From Leptonemataceae bacterium (GTDB taxonomy: Bacteria > Spirochaetota > Leptospiria > Leptospirales > Leptonemataceae): DNA of 64,000 bases. This document shows positions 1-8,798 of this stretch, one piece after another. The first letter of the stretch is position 1. The number at the start of each line of letters is the position of its first letter. Below the pieces are notes generated by a model that saw nothing but the letters and a program-made list of their open reading frames with translations, made no database searches and was not told the origin of the DNA. The translations under genes were made by a program, and so were the position numbers. The stretch covers positions 1,312,001 through 1,376,000 of the forward strand of contig OZ245742.1 of NCBI GenBank assembly GCA_965227295.1, given 5' to 3'.

Positions 1-144
1 CGGGAGGCGGCCCAGGAGTACCGGTCGCGCATTGAGGACATGACCGAACAACCTATGTTTCCCGATCATTGTCCGAAGTGCCCGCTGTGGCAGGGCGCGC
101 GCTGCGTGGGAGGATGTCTCGGCTATCGCGTCGCCGATTCCTGA
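1..144 (+). CDS. C-terminal end of a radical SAM/SPASM-domain protein (5' truncated by window edge)
   Basis: Frame 1 translated by hand (not in ORF track): REAAQEYRSRIEDMTEQPMFPDHCPKCPLWQGARCVGGCLGYRVADS*. CxxC-x7-CxGGC resembles the SPASM auxiliary Fe-S motif. Stop is 7 nt before the next ATG. Confidence 0.7.
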   Translation, partial: REAAQEYRSRIEDMTEQPMFPDHCPKCPLWQGARCVGGCLGYRVADS

Positions 145-151
145 TATCAGC

Positions 152-1903
152 ATGGCATCTTCCGATCCCCGGACAGGCGCCCGGATCGACCCGGCGGCGC
201 GACGCGGTTTTGCGGCCTTTCTTGCGGCGTACCTGCGTCCGTTTCGTAAGCTTGCGCTCATCGTAACTTTCACATCGGTGCCGTTGTTCGGGCTGGCTTT
301 TGTGATTCCGGTCTCCTTTAAGAACGCGACGGATTTTTTCCGACAGGCGGACGCGCTGTACTCCGTGGCCTTCTGGATGGCCGTGGGGTTGGGCGCGCTC
401 GTGCTTAAGGCAATCTTCGACGTTATTAACGCCTACGGCCTTACCGTTCTGCACGCGAGCCTGGCCCGGGACATCCGCGCCGATCTCTACGCGCGTTTAC
501 AGGCGGCCTCGTTCGACGTACACATTCGCAGTCGCAGCGGGGAGGTGGCGAACCTGTTGAGCAACGACGTGCAGCACGCCGCCATGGGTGCGTTACAAAT
601 CTACTTCACGGCGTTTTATTATCCGCTGTTGATCGCGGTGCTTTCGGCTGTGATGTTGTACTTCAGCCCGCAGTTGTTTTTGCTGTCGCTGCTTTCGTTT
701 CCTATCATCAGCCTGGCTGTTTCGTTCACCGCGCGGCGAGCGCATCATGCCGAGCGGCAGTTTCTCGATCGTCACGCGCGGGTGATGGGCATGTTGATCG
801 AATCCCTCGTGAACGTGAAGCAGATCAAGGCCCTGGGTATCGAAGATCGCGGCCGGGCGAACCTCCGGGCCGTCGACGAAGAACTCCTGGGCTATCGCAA
901 ACGCGCGCAGTTCATGGAAAGCCTCGCCGGGCCCATCACCGAAGTAACGAACGGTGTCATGCTCACGCTCATGGTCCTCGTGGCGTACTATCTTGTTGCA
1001 AACAATCAGGCCGACTACGGCGAAATCATCGGTTGCCTGGTGGCCGCGGTGCAACTGCGCGCACCGGTGCGCGCTTTCGCCGTGCAATGGATGGACATGC
1101 AAAAATCCCGCGCGGCCGTGCGACGCATTGAATGGATCGTGGGAGTACCGGCCGAAGGCGGGCAAAGCGACGCAGCGGAGTCGGAGCCCATGCAGGTAAA
1201 CTCGGTACAATTCGAGAACGTCTCGTTCTCGTACGACGGGAAACACGAAATTCTGCGCGGCCTCGATTTTACATTACGCCGCGGCGAACGTGTGGCCGTG
1301 CGCGGTCCGAGCGGCAGCGGCAAGACGACGTTCGTGGATCTGCTGGTGGGATTCTATCCACCGGCCGCGGGACGCATCCTCGTAAACAATCAGAATCTAT
1401 CGGCGTTGCGGCCGGATCACTGGCGGCGCAACATCGGCATTGTAACCCAGGAGCCCTTGTTGTTCGAAGGCAGCATCGAGGAAAACGTACGCATCGCCGA
1501 TCCCGACGCGGAGTCGGAACGCATCGAACGCGCCATGCACCTGGCCGGCATGTCGGCTATGCTTGCGGCCTTGCCGGAGGGCGGCGCGACCCAGGTCGGC
1601 GAGCGCGGCAAACGACTCTCCGGAGGTGAACGCAAACGTGTAGCCCTGGCGCGTGCCCTGGTGCGGCCGATCTCGCTGCTCGTTCTCGATGAGGCTACCA
1701 GCGAACTCGACGCCGACATCGAAGAGAGCATTCTGGAATCCATCGACCAACTCGCCGCCGATCTTCTGATCGTACACGTTTCACATCGCGACGCAATCCT
1801 CCGGCATTGTGATCGCGTGCTGGACTTCAAGCCGGGGGCGCCGGTTTGCGAAGTCCCATTGTCGGAAATACAGCCGCGCCCGCGCCGGGAGGTGCTCACG
1901 TGA
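152..1903 (+). CDS. ABC transporter, fused permease + ATPase (MsbA/exporter type)
   Basis: N-terminal TM helices; Walker A GPSGSGKT; signature LSGGERKR; Walker B LLVLDEATS. Confidence 0.95.
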   Translation: MASSDPRTGARIDPAARRGFAAFLAAYLRPFRKLALIVTFTSVPLFGLAFVIPVSFKNATDFFRQADALYSVAFWMAVGLGALVLKAIFDVINAYGLTVLHASLARDIRADLYARLQAASFDVHIRSRSGEVANLLSNDVQHAAMGALQIYFTAFYYPLLIAVLSAVMLYFSPQLFLLSLLSFPIISLAVSFTARRAHHAERQFLDRHARVMGMLIESLVNVKQIKALGIEDRGRANLRAVDEELLGYRKRAQFMESLAGPITEVTNGVMLTLMVLVAYYLVANNQADYGEIIGCLVAAVQLRAPVRAFAVQWMDMQKSRAAVRRIEWIVGVPAEGGQSDAAESEPMQVNSVQFENVSFSYDGKHEILRGLDFTLRRGERVAVRGPSGSGKTTFVDLLVGFYPPAAGRILVNNQNLSALRPDHWRRNIGIVTQEPLLFEGSIEENVRIADPDAESERIERAMHLAGMSAMLAALPEGGATQVGERGKRLSGGERKRVALARALVRPISLLVLDEATSELDADIEESILESIDQLAADLLIVHVSHRDAILRHCDRVLDFKPGAPVCEVPLSEIQPRPRREVLT

Positions 1904-4047
1904 ATACCGTAGTAGAACCCTTAGATCGTACTTATCTTGAGTTAAGCGCCGAACCGCAGGCCTGGCCGCGTTCCCGGGAGGACGGCCGCACGCGGTTGTT
2001 GTTGCTTGCGCTCAACGTGCCGGGTTACTATTCTCTGCCCGTGCGTTTGCTGGCCCTGCAAACCGAGAACGACGCCGAACTGCGTGCGCGCTACGACGTG
2101 CGTTACTTCGAGGCCTTCCTCGACAATTCCATCGAAGATCACCTCGCCCTCCTGGAGGCCTGGCAGCCGGATCTGCTTGCCTGTTCGGTGAACATCTGGA
2201 ATCGCGACGCGTTGTTGGATCTGTGCGGTCGGTATCGTGTATCGAATCCGAATGTTCGTGTGATCGGCGGCGGGCAGGAGGTCTCGAACTCGTGTTACAA
2301 TTTCCTCGAAAGCCATGTGGAGTTCGACTACATCGTGGACGGCGAGGGTGAAATTCCCTTCCGCGAATTTTTGAACGAGTGGGAGCCGGGAGAACTCCGG
2401 CTGCGGAATCCCGCGGCGGTCTCGGGCCTGCACTACCGAAACGGAAGTGAGGTCGCCTTTACGTGTCCCGGTCGGACCATCGACGACCTGGATGAGATCG
2501 TTTCGACGAACCTGGCGAGTCTGGCCCCGGTGGGTGACGACAAACTGAAGATGGGTGTACTCTTAGAAGGAACCCGGGCCTGTCCGTTTCGCTGCGCGTT
2601 CTGTTTCGAGGGCGACAAACGAACGAAAACGCGCTTTTCCAGCACGGAACGCTTAACAGAAGAAGCGATGCACTTAATGGATCTGGGCGTAAAAAAGTTC
2701 CACATGCTGGATCCCATCATTTGCGCCAGCCGTCCGGAGCGGCTGGAGGGAATCGCCCGTCTTTTTGATCGCATCCAGAGCCGCGACCCGGAGGCCTTCA
2801 TATTCGTGGAAGCCTACGCCGATCTCATTACGCCGGAGGTGGCGGACTGTTTGCGAGTGTGCTCGGTCCTGGACCTGGGCTTGCAATCCGTCAATCCGCT
2901 GACCACGAAATCCATCCGCCGGCCGTTCAAGCGTGACCGGTGGCTGAACGGCGTCGAACTCTTGCGCGAACGCGGGATTCCGTTCAACGTGTACCTCATC
3001 TCCGGTTTGCCGCACGAAACCTTCGATACGTTCCTCGACGGAATTCAGTTCGTGCTGCACGAGAATCCCACGCGCATTTTTTTCAATGAGCTGTGTCTCT
3101 TGAACGGAACCGAACTGCGAATGCGCGCCGATGAATTCGGCTACGACTACGATCCCGCGCCCCCGTACTTTGTTTTCGGTAACACCTGGATGCCGCGCCC
3201 GGTGTTGCGCATGGCGCAGACGCTTTCTAAAATCGTCGAGCGCAATCACAACTACTCCGGCCCCGTTCTTTTTCCGTATCTGCCCTGGGTTTCCGAGGCG
3301 CCGCGTACCGAAACGCGCGAAGTCCTCGTGGATGCGGAACGAGCGCTGCATGACGGTGCTTATTTTCAGGAATGCGAAAACGACATTCGCGCCGGCGGCA
3401 CCGATGTGCACATCGATTGCGGTCTTGCTTTCGATTCTGCGCGTTTCGACGACTTACTGAACCTGTGCGGTCGTCTGCAATTCGCCGGAGCCGTACGCAT
3501 GAACCTGCGGGCCGCTCCGAATCTACTTACGGACATCGAAAAACTGACGGCGCTGATGAATCGTCTCGTGCTGCACTTTCGCATTCTCTACGACGCTTCC
3601 GGGCACGAAGCCGCGGACCTGCGTGCGGCCGTGGACGCTCTGGATCGCGAGTATCGACTCATGCGCGGGACGCACGCGCGACCGAACGTCGAAATTATTC
3701 TGATGCGTCCGCCGGTGGAGCGTTTGCCGGAGTTGATCCGAGATTGCGCGCGGCGGGTGTATTTGATTTCCATTTACGATCCGGACCAGGACGGCGAGAC
3801 CGGCGGCCTGGATGCAAATACGGCGCGGCAACTTTTTGAAGATGCCATGCAACGACAGGCCTGGCTGCGTCTGCCGCGCAAACACATGCGAGAAGTTCTG
3901 GTGGCGCTCGGACGCGAACTCGACGGCGAGCATGGTCTGGAAGATCGAGCCGATGCGATTACGGAAAAGCTCGCCGTTCTGGGCTTTGCCGGGAATCCGG
4001 TGGAGCAACGTTCGAATGTATCCGGAGCACCCGTTGCAAAGATTTAG
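1900..4047 (+). CDS. Cobalamin-dependent (class B) radical SAM protein with long C-terminal extension
   Basis: N-terminal B12-binding-like domain (SVNIWN, IGGGQE, DYIVDGEGE); CPFRCAFC radical SAM motif; LGLQS and ISGLPHET. Start placed at GTG 1900, overlapping the ABC stop (GTGA), with GGAGG upstream. Confidence 0.9.
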   Translation: MNTVVEPLDRTYLELSAEPQAWPRSREDGRTRLLLLALNVPGYYSLPVRLLALQTENDAELRARYDVRYFEAFLDNSIEDHLALLEAWQPDLLACSVNIWNRDALLDLCGRYRVSNPNVRVIGGGQEVSNSCYNFLESHVEFDYIVDGEGEIPFREFLNEWEPGELRLRNPAAVSGLHYRNGSEVAFTCPGRTIDDLDEIVSTNLASLAPVGDDKLKMGVLLEGTRACPFRCAFCFEGDKRTKTRFSSTERLTEEAMHLMDLGVKKFHMLDPIICASRPERLEGIARLFDRIQSRDPEAFIFVEAYADLITPEVADCLRVCSVLDLGLQSVNPLTTKSIRRPFKRDRWLNGVELLRERGIPFNVYLISGLPHETFDTFLDGIQFVLHENPTRIFFNELCLLNGTELRMRADEFGYDYDPAPPYFVFGNTWMPRPVLRMAQTLSKIVERNHNYSGPVLFPYLPWVSEAPRTETREVLVDAERALHDGAYFQECENDIRAGGTDVHIDCGLAFDSARFDDLLNLCGRLQFAGAVRMNLRAAPNLLTDIEKLTALMNRLVLHFRILYDASGHEAADLRAAVDALDREYRLMRGTHARPNVEIILMRPPVERLPELIRDCARRVYLISIYDPDQDGETGGLDANTARQLFEDAMQRQAWLRLPRKHMREVLVALGRELDGEHGLEDRADAITEKLAVLGFAGNPVEQRSNVSGAPVAKI

Positions 4048-4059
4048 AAGGTACTGTTC

Positions 4060-5550
4060 ATGAAAGCTACGTTTCTCGGCCATCAGGGGTGGATGCTGGA
4101 ATCCTCCGACGCGCGCTTGTTGATCGATCCGATCATCACTCCGTACTATCGCAACTCCGCGTATACGAAGATGTGGATGTATCCGCCGCGGGAGATCGAT
4201 CTCGCCGCGATGGGTTCGGTGGACGCGATCTATCTTTCGCATGAACACGAGGATCACTTTCACATCGAGTCGCTGCACCTCTTCAGTCGCGACACGAAGT
4301 TGTACGTGAGCGGTAACATTTCCGGTGCGGCCGTGCGCATTCTCGAAGAGATGGGCTTTCTCGTGCGCCGGCTCTACGCCCTGGAGCAGGTGGAGATCGG
4401 CGAGCACATGACTATGACCGTTTACCCGCCGCCGGCATCGCCCACGGAGCACTGGGTCCTCCAGCCGTTCGTTCTGGAAGATGAGGACTATCGCCGTTCG
4501 TTCTTCAATCCCGTGGACTGCCAGATCTCGGATCAGTTCATCGCCATGCTCGACAAAGAGCGCGTCGCTGAACTCGGACTGGTTTGTGTCGCGAACAATA
4601 CGCAGAACATTCCCGCGCTGGTGCATCCGAATCAATATCTTCCGGGGCGGCGCCGCACGGCCATGAACCTGCGCCCCGCCAACGTCCTGCACAGTCACCT
4701 GGAACTCGGCAACCTTCCGTTCATGCGAGAGATCGCCATCGTCGGTTGCGGATTTATTTCCGAAGACAATCCCTTCGGTCTTTATCTGAATCAGTCCCAG
4801 GCCGAACTCGGCGCGGTAATGGAAAAGTACAGCGTGGGCGCCGTCCGTATTTTCGGACCGCAGCCGGGAGAAGCGGTGGACCTTCGCGGCGACGGCGCAA
4901 CGCGCATTCCGGCACCGCAGGACGGTTTTGTGCGACCGTCGACGGAAGGCGAAGCAGTCCTGGCCTGGGCCGAACAAACCAACTACGTTCCTGATCCTTT
5001 CACGTACGAGTACGATCCGGTCTCGACGAAACTCCTGCACGCGGAAGAACAGGAGCGTCTCGGCGCCGCGCTGGATGCTTTCGCCATACGCATGGCCGGC
5101 CATCGTTTTCAAATCGAGATGACTCAGTCCAACCTGGACGATCACGGCAATCCGGTCGGGGCGGGGCGTCTGTTGTTGATCTTGATGTACGAAGATGGGA
5201 ACGGTGAACGGCGCAAGCTCTACTATGAGTATCGCCCTGCTGATACACGCTTCTACGCGCTGGAGAAACAGGGCATTACGGAATTCGATCTCGCCCATCG
5301 TTACCCCTTCGGTTACGAATGCTGGGCGAAGGATCTGCTCGGATTGCTCGAAGGCGATGTTACCGTGTATGAGATCATCAACTTCAGGAACCGCTTCTGG
5401 CATCCGCAGCGACACATGGTGGAACGCGCGCACTTCCCGCTCGTGTTAAACGATTTGTTTGCGCCGGAGTGCATACCGGAGCTGACATATCAGATCTATC
5501 GCCGTGCGTACGACCGGGCGCGCGCGTCATCGGAAGCGCGTCCGGTTTAA
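4060..5550 (+). CDS. Metallo-beta-lactamase-fold enzyme (UlaG/CMP-NeuAc hydroxylase-like) with C-terminal extension
   Basis: FLGHQGW...LLIDP start; HEHEDH metal motif. Confidence 0.85.
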   Translation: MKATFLGHQGWMLESSDARLLIDPIITPYYRNSAYTKMWMYPPREIDLAAMGSVDAIYLSHEHEDHFHIESLHLFSRDTKLYVSGNISGAAVRILEEMGFLVRRLYALEQVEIGEHMTMTVYPPPASPTEHWVLQPFVLEDEDYRRSFFNPVDCQISDQFIAMLDKERVAELGLVCVANNTQNIPALVHPNQYLPGRRRTAMNLRPANVLHSHLELGNLPFMREIAIVGCGFISEDNPFGLYLNQSQAELGAVMEKYSVGAVRIFGPQPGEAVDLRGDGATRIPAPQDGFVRPSTEGEAVLAWAEQTNYVPDPFTYEYDPVSTKLLHAEEQERLGAALDAFAIRMAGHRFQIEMTQSNLDDHGNPVGAGRLLLILMYEDGNGERRKLYYEYRPADTRFYALEKQGITEFDLAHRYPFGYECWAKDLLGLLEGDVTVYEIINFRNRFWHPQRHMVERAHFPLVLNDLFAPECIPELTYQIYRRAYDRARASSEARPV

Positions 5551-6149
5551 TCATCGGACTCCGTTTTCGTGGGCCGGCCTTCGATGCGCGCAAGAATTCC
5601 CTGGCCTTGCTGAATGACTGCATCGATGCGGGTGCGCCGGTATCCGCGAATCGCGGCCTGGTGTAAATAACGTTCCGCAAGATCGCGTCGGCCGGCCAGT
5701 TCCGCCAACACCGCCAGGTTGTAAAACGGCAACGGGTAGAGCGGATCGATGGCGAGCGCCGCTTCGAAGTCGGAGCGCGCTTCGTCCAGGCGACCCAATT
5801 GCAGCCGCGCCGTTCCCAGATTATACAACGCCATCGCTTCCACGTCCGGCGTGTAGATACTGAACGCCAGCCAGAGATACTTTTTCAAGTGCGGCTTCTC
5901 GCGAATCATGTCGAGAAATCGTCGCGAATGCTCCAGCGATTCTTCGAATTGTTCCAGATCGTATGACCTCCGCCCGCGAAACAAATCGCGAAAGAGCATG
6001 CCCTGCACCCGCCCGGGAATCAGTACGATCAGTCCGAGAGTTATGACGACGTAGATCGAAGGGTACAGCAGATAGATTCCCACCACACAGCCGAGACCTG
6101 CGGCGAGCAACGCGACGTAAGCGATCTTATAGCGCAAAGTACGATTCAT
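5547..6149 (-). CDS. Membrane-anchored tetratricopeptide repeat protein
   Basis: Two N-terminal TM segments; TPR pattern ALYNLG...ARSDFEAALAIDP..FYNLA. Confidence 0.8.
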   Translation of the reverse strand: MNRTLRYKIAYVALLAAGLGCVVGIYLLYPSIYVVITLGLIVLIPGRVQGMLFRDLFRGRRSYDLEQFEESLEHSRRFLDMIREKPHLKKYLWLAFSIYTPDVEAMALYNLGTARLQLGRLDEARSDFEAALAIDPLYPLPFYNLAVLAELAGRRDLAERYLHQAAIRGYRRTRIDAVIQQGQGILARIEGRPTKTESDD

Positions 6150-6802
6150 GTCAGTTCCTCCGTGAACGCCGTGAAGCTATCGTATACCACGTCCGCATCT
6201 CGCAACATATCCGCTTCGAACGTTGTAGTTAATCCCGCGCAAAACATGCCGGCCGCCTTCGCCGCCGCGATGCCGGCCGGCGTGTCTTCAATCACCAGAC
6301 ACTCCGTTGCGGCCGCATCGATGTTTTGTGCTGCGAACAGGAAGACGTCCGGTGCCGGCTTGCCTGCACCCCCGGCGTCCGTCACGGTGTAGACGTGGCC
6401 GCCGAAGCGCGGGCGCAGTTGCAACCGCGCGTCCACGACGTCCAGCAGATCGTTGCGCATGGACGTGGCCACGGCTAACTTTAGATTGTATGATCTTACC
6501 GCCTCGTAAAACTCCGCAAAACCCGCCATCAATTCTACACGTTCAGCAAAAAGATCGCGAATGATCACGAGCCGCGCGGCGGCCAGGTCGTCCACGGTCT
6601 CCGTGAGATTGTAGTACTCGCGCAGCGCGGCGGTGCCGTCGCGCAACGAACGACCGGCCATGAGATGTTTGACGCCCGCTCGATCATACTGCAACCCGCG
6701 CGCTTCCAGTAGGATCCGCTGCGATTCATCCCAGAGCGGCTCCGTGTCGACGATCACGCCCTCGGCGTCGAAGATCACGGCGGTGAAGTTACCGAGTTTC
6801 AC
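6146..6802 (-). CDS. HAD-family phosphatase (beta-PGM/CbbY-like)
   Basis: IFDAEGVIVDTE motif I, ATS motif II, KPAPD and VIED motifs; GTG start at 6802 overlaps the upstream stop. Confidence 0.85.
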   Translation of the reverse strand: MKLGNFTAVIFDAEGVIVDTEPLWDESQRILLEARGLQYDRAGVKHLMAGRSLRDGTAALREYYNLTETVDDLAAARLVIIRDLFAERVELMAGFAEFYEAVRSYNLKLAVATSMRNDLLDVVDARLQLRPRFGGHVYTVTDAGGAGKPAPDVFLFAAQNIDAAATECLVIEDTPAGIAAAKAAGMFCAGLTTTFEADMLRDADVVYDSFTAFTEELT

Positions 6803-7113
6803 GGCGTGCGCCTCCGCATCCAGGGCAGCGTCGCCGCCAGACCGCCCATAAGAAGTCCGCAGGATTGCAGAACGCTTGGATCCCAGACGGATCCCATGAA
6901 CATTGTGTTTCGACACGAGGGACAGGCTTTGCCAGCCGGTGCGCCGGCGTACTGCAACGCAGAGACCTCGGCCACGACCTCCGTCCCACCCCGGCGCCGA
7001 AGGACCGCCGCCCCGATAGCCAGGCCGGCACACCGAGAACAGCCCCAGGCGTAGCCTTCCGCTTCGGCGCGCTGTTGCAGCGCTTGCTCACAAACCGGGC
7101 AGTGCATATTCAC
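6799..7113 (-). CDS. Small Zn-ribbon (zf-TFIIB-like) protein
   Basis: CPVC...CSRC and CPSC motifs; translationally coupled to the HAD gene. Confidence 0.55.
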   Translation of the reverse strand: MNMHCPVCEQALQQRAEAEGYAWGCSRCAGLAIGAAVLRRRGGTEVVAEVSALQYAGAPAGKACPSCRNTMFMGSVWDPSVLQSCGLLMGGLAATLPWMRRRTP

Positions 7114-7127
7114 CCATCGCGGTTCGC

Positions 7128-7673
7128 GTGAACATCGTCAACGAACATGCTTGCACGCAGAAAGATGCAAATCACGTTGTGATTGTGAGCGACGAACTCG
7201 AACTCCGCCGCAAATGGACGTTTCGCCGCGGCGAACATAGCATCGTACTGATCAAAAAACGTCTCGAATCGGCGCAGCATGTGTACATGAAGGCCTTCCT
7301 CTGGGCGCTTTATATAGAAGAGTATCCCGGATTGATCGTGGAGAAATCCATCGGCGATCGTTACAAGCCGGACCTGGTCGCACTCAACGGCGAAGGCCGG
7401 CCGCGGTTCTGGGGCGAAGCCGGGGCCACCCGCGGCTCGAAGGTGCGTTCGATATTGCGGCGTTATCCGGGCACACGGCTGGTCCTCGCAAAGTGGGACG
7501 GGAACACGCAGATGCTTGCGCAGCAGTACCGGGCGGTGTTGAAGAATCTACGCCTGGAGCATCCGGTGGAACTGTTGAACTTTCCCGAGGACGCGGCGCA
7601 GCGGTTCATCGACGAACGCGGCGAAATTCAGGTGCAGCATGACGATCTGGAGATCATTCGCTTGAACTCGTAA
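7128..7673 (+). CDS. Conserved hypothetical protein, YaeQ-like/PD-(D/E)xK-type fold
   Basis: KAFLWALY...YKPDLVAL...FWGEAG pattern; start uncertain. Confidence 0.6.
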   Translation: MNIVNEHACTQKDANHVVIVSDELELRRKWTFRRGEHSIVLIKKRLESAQHVYMKAFLWALYIEEYPGLIVEKSIGDRYKPDLVALNGEGRPRFWGEAGATRGSKVRSILRRYPGTRLVLAKWDGNTQMLAQQYRAVLKNLRLEHPVELLNFPEDAAQRFIDERGEIQVQHDDLEIIRLNS

Positions 7674-7695
7674 CAGCCCGGCTCAAGCTGCGGCT

Positions 7696-8148
7696 ATGAG
7701 TGAGACCCGCCTCAGAGTTCGTAACGAAAACTTTCGCGAGCGCGCCCAGGAGATCTGGAATCGCGCCAACTTCATTCGCGAAGTCGGCTACGAACTCATC
7801 CTGCTCGAACCCGGTCGCTGTGAATCCCGCCTGGTCATAGCTGACAGGCACCTGCAACAAAATTCCTTCGTGCACGCCGGTGTCATTGCGACCATGGCCG
7901 ATCACAGCGGCGGTACGGCAGGTGGGAGTTTGATTGCCGCGGATGAGGTCGTACTGACCCTGGAGTTCAAGGTCAATCTTCTACGGCCGGCGCTCGGCGA
8001 AGAACTGCGCTGTATTTCAACCGTGCTGAAAAACGGCCGAACCGTGATTGTGTCGGAATCGGAAGTGTATACGGTAAAGAAAGGTCGCGAGAAGTTAGCG
8101 GCCAAGGCGACGGTCACCCTGGCCGTGGTGGGGGCGAATTACGAATAG
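7696..8148 (+). CDS. PaaI-family (hotdog) thioesterase
   Basis: HLQQNSFVHAGVIATMAD, TLEFKVNLLRPA. Confidence 0.9.
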   Translation: MSETRLRVRNENFRERAQEIWNRANFIREVGYELILLEPGRCESRLVIADRHLQQNSFVHAGVIATMADHSGGTAGGSLIAADEVVLTLEFKVNLLRPALGEELRCISTVLKNGRTVIVSESEVYTVKKGREKLAAKATVTLAVVGANYE

Positions 8149-8171
8149 CGGCGATCGGGTCTGGCGCGATT

Positions 8172-8690
8172 TCAACCGTTCACGTTCAGCAAGAGCGCCT
8201 TCTGACGATCGTCCGCTTCCTGTTTGCGGCCGGACTTCGGGGCGTAGGTTTTATCCCGCTCCGGATCTTCCGTGAGTTCGGTGAGCAGATAGTGAATGCG
8301 TCCGGTGGTGTCGGAAAGTAGCCGGTTGTTTTCTTCGGTCTCCCGCTTCAAAGCGTACGCCGTTTCGCGGTATTCGTCCGCCACGGATTCCAGCTCCAGG
8401 TTCGCCTGTGCGTTTGCCTCGTGATCCGTAACCAGGCGGACGACCTTGCGGAGCGTCATGCCCTCGCTGCGATCGTTTTCGCCGTAGCGATCAAGCAGGA
8501 GACGGAGGGCCGCCTCGCGCTGCACTTCCAGGCCTTCGACTTCTTTCAGAAAGATTTCCGATTTGCCCGTGAGTTCCTTCAGGCGTTTGCCGTCGGCGGT
8601 GAGGATCGCCCGGCGTTTGCGGCGCTCGTTCTCCAGCGCGGCCCGGAAGAGCATGAGTTCCTGATTCAGAATGTCGTGCAGCGTCGTCAT
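8172..8690 (-). CDS. flgN: Flagellar export chaperone FlgN-like protein
   Basis: All-helical pattern (ILNQE..LF..LE.E..KR.AI...D...L; LKRETEENNRLL; TY near C-terminus). Only the last ~172 aa of the 611-aa track ORF are considered real (ATG at 8690). Confidence 0.75.
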   Translation of the reverse strand: MTTLHDILNQELMLFRAALENERRKRRAILTADGKRLKELTGKSEIFLKEVEGLEVQREAALRLLLDRYGENDRSEGMTLRKVVRLVTDHEANAQANLELESVADEYRETAYALKRETEENNRLLSDTTGRIHYLLTELTEDPERDKTYAPKSGRKQEADDRQKALLLNVNG

Positions 8691-8798
8691 GATGCTTTCC
8701 TCTCTGTCTGTACAATCGGTCGGTCCGCAAAAAACATGAGAAAAAACCGCTCGAAATATAGTTGACCGCCGTCGCGGAAACGCGCGTCTAAAAGCGTA

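Noticed and set aside
3523-5433. 636-aa minus-strand ORF
   Set aside because: Antisense shadow of the rSAM and MBL genes; no motifs; long antisense ORFs are expected in GC-rich DNA.
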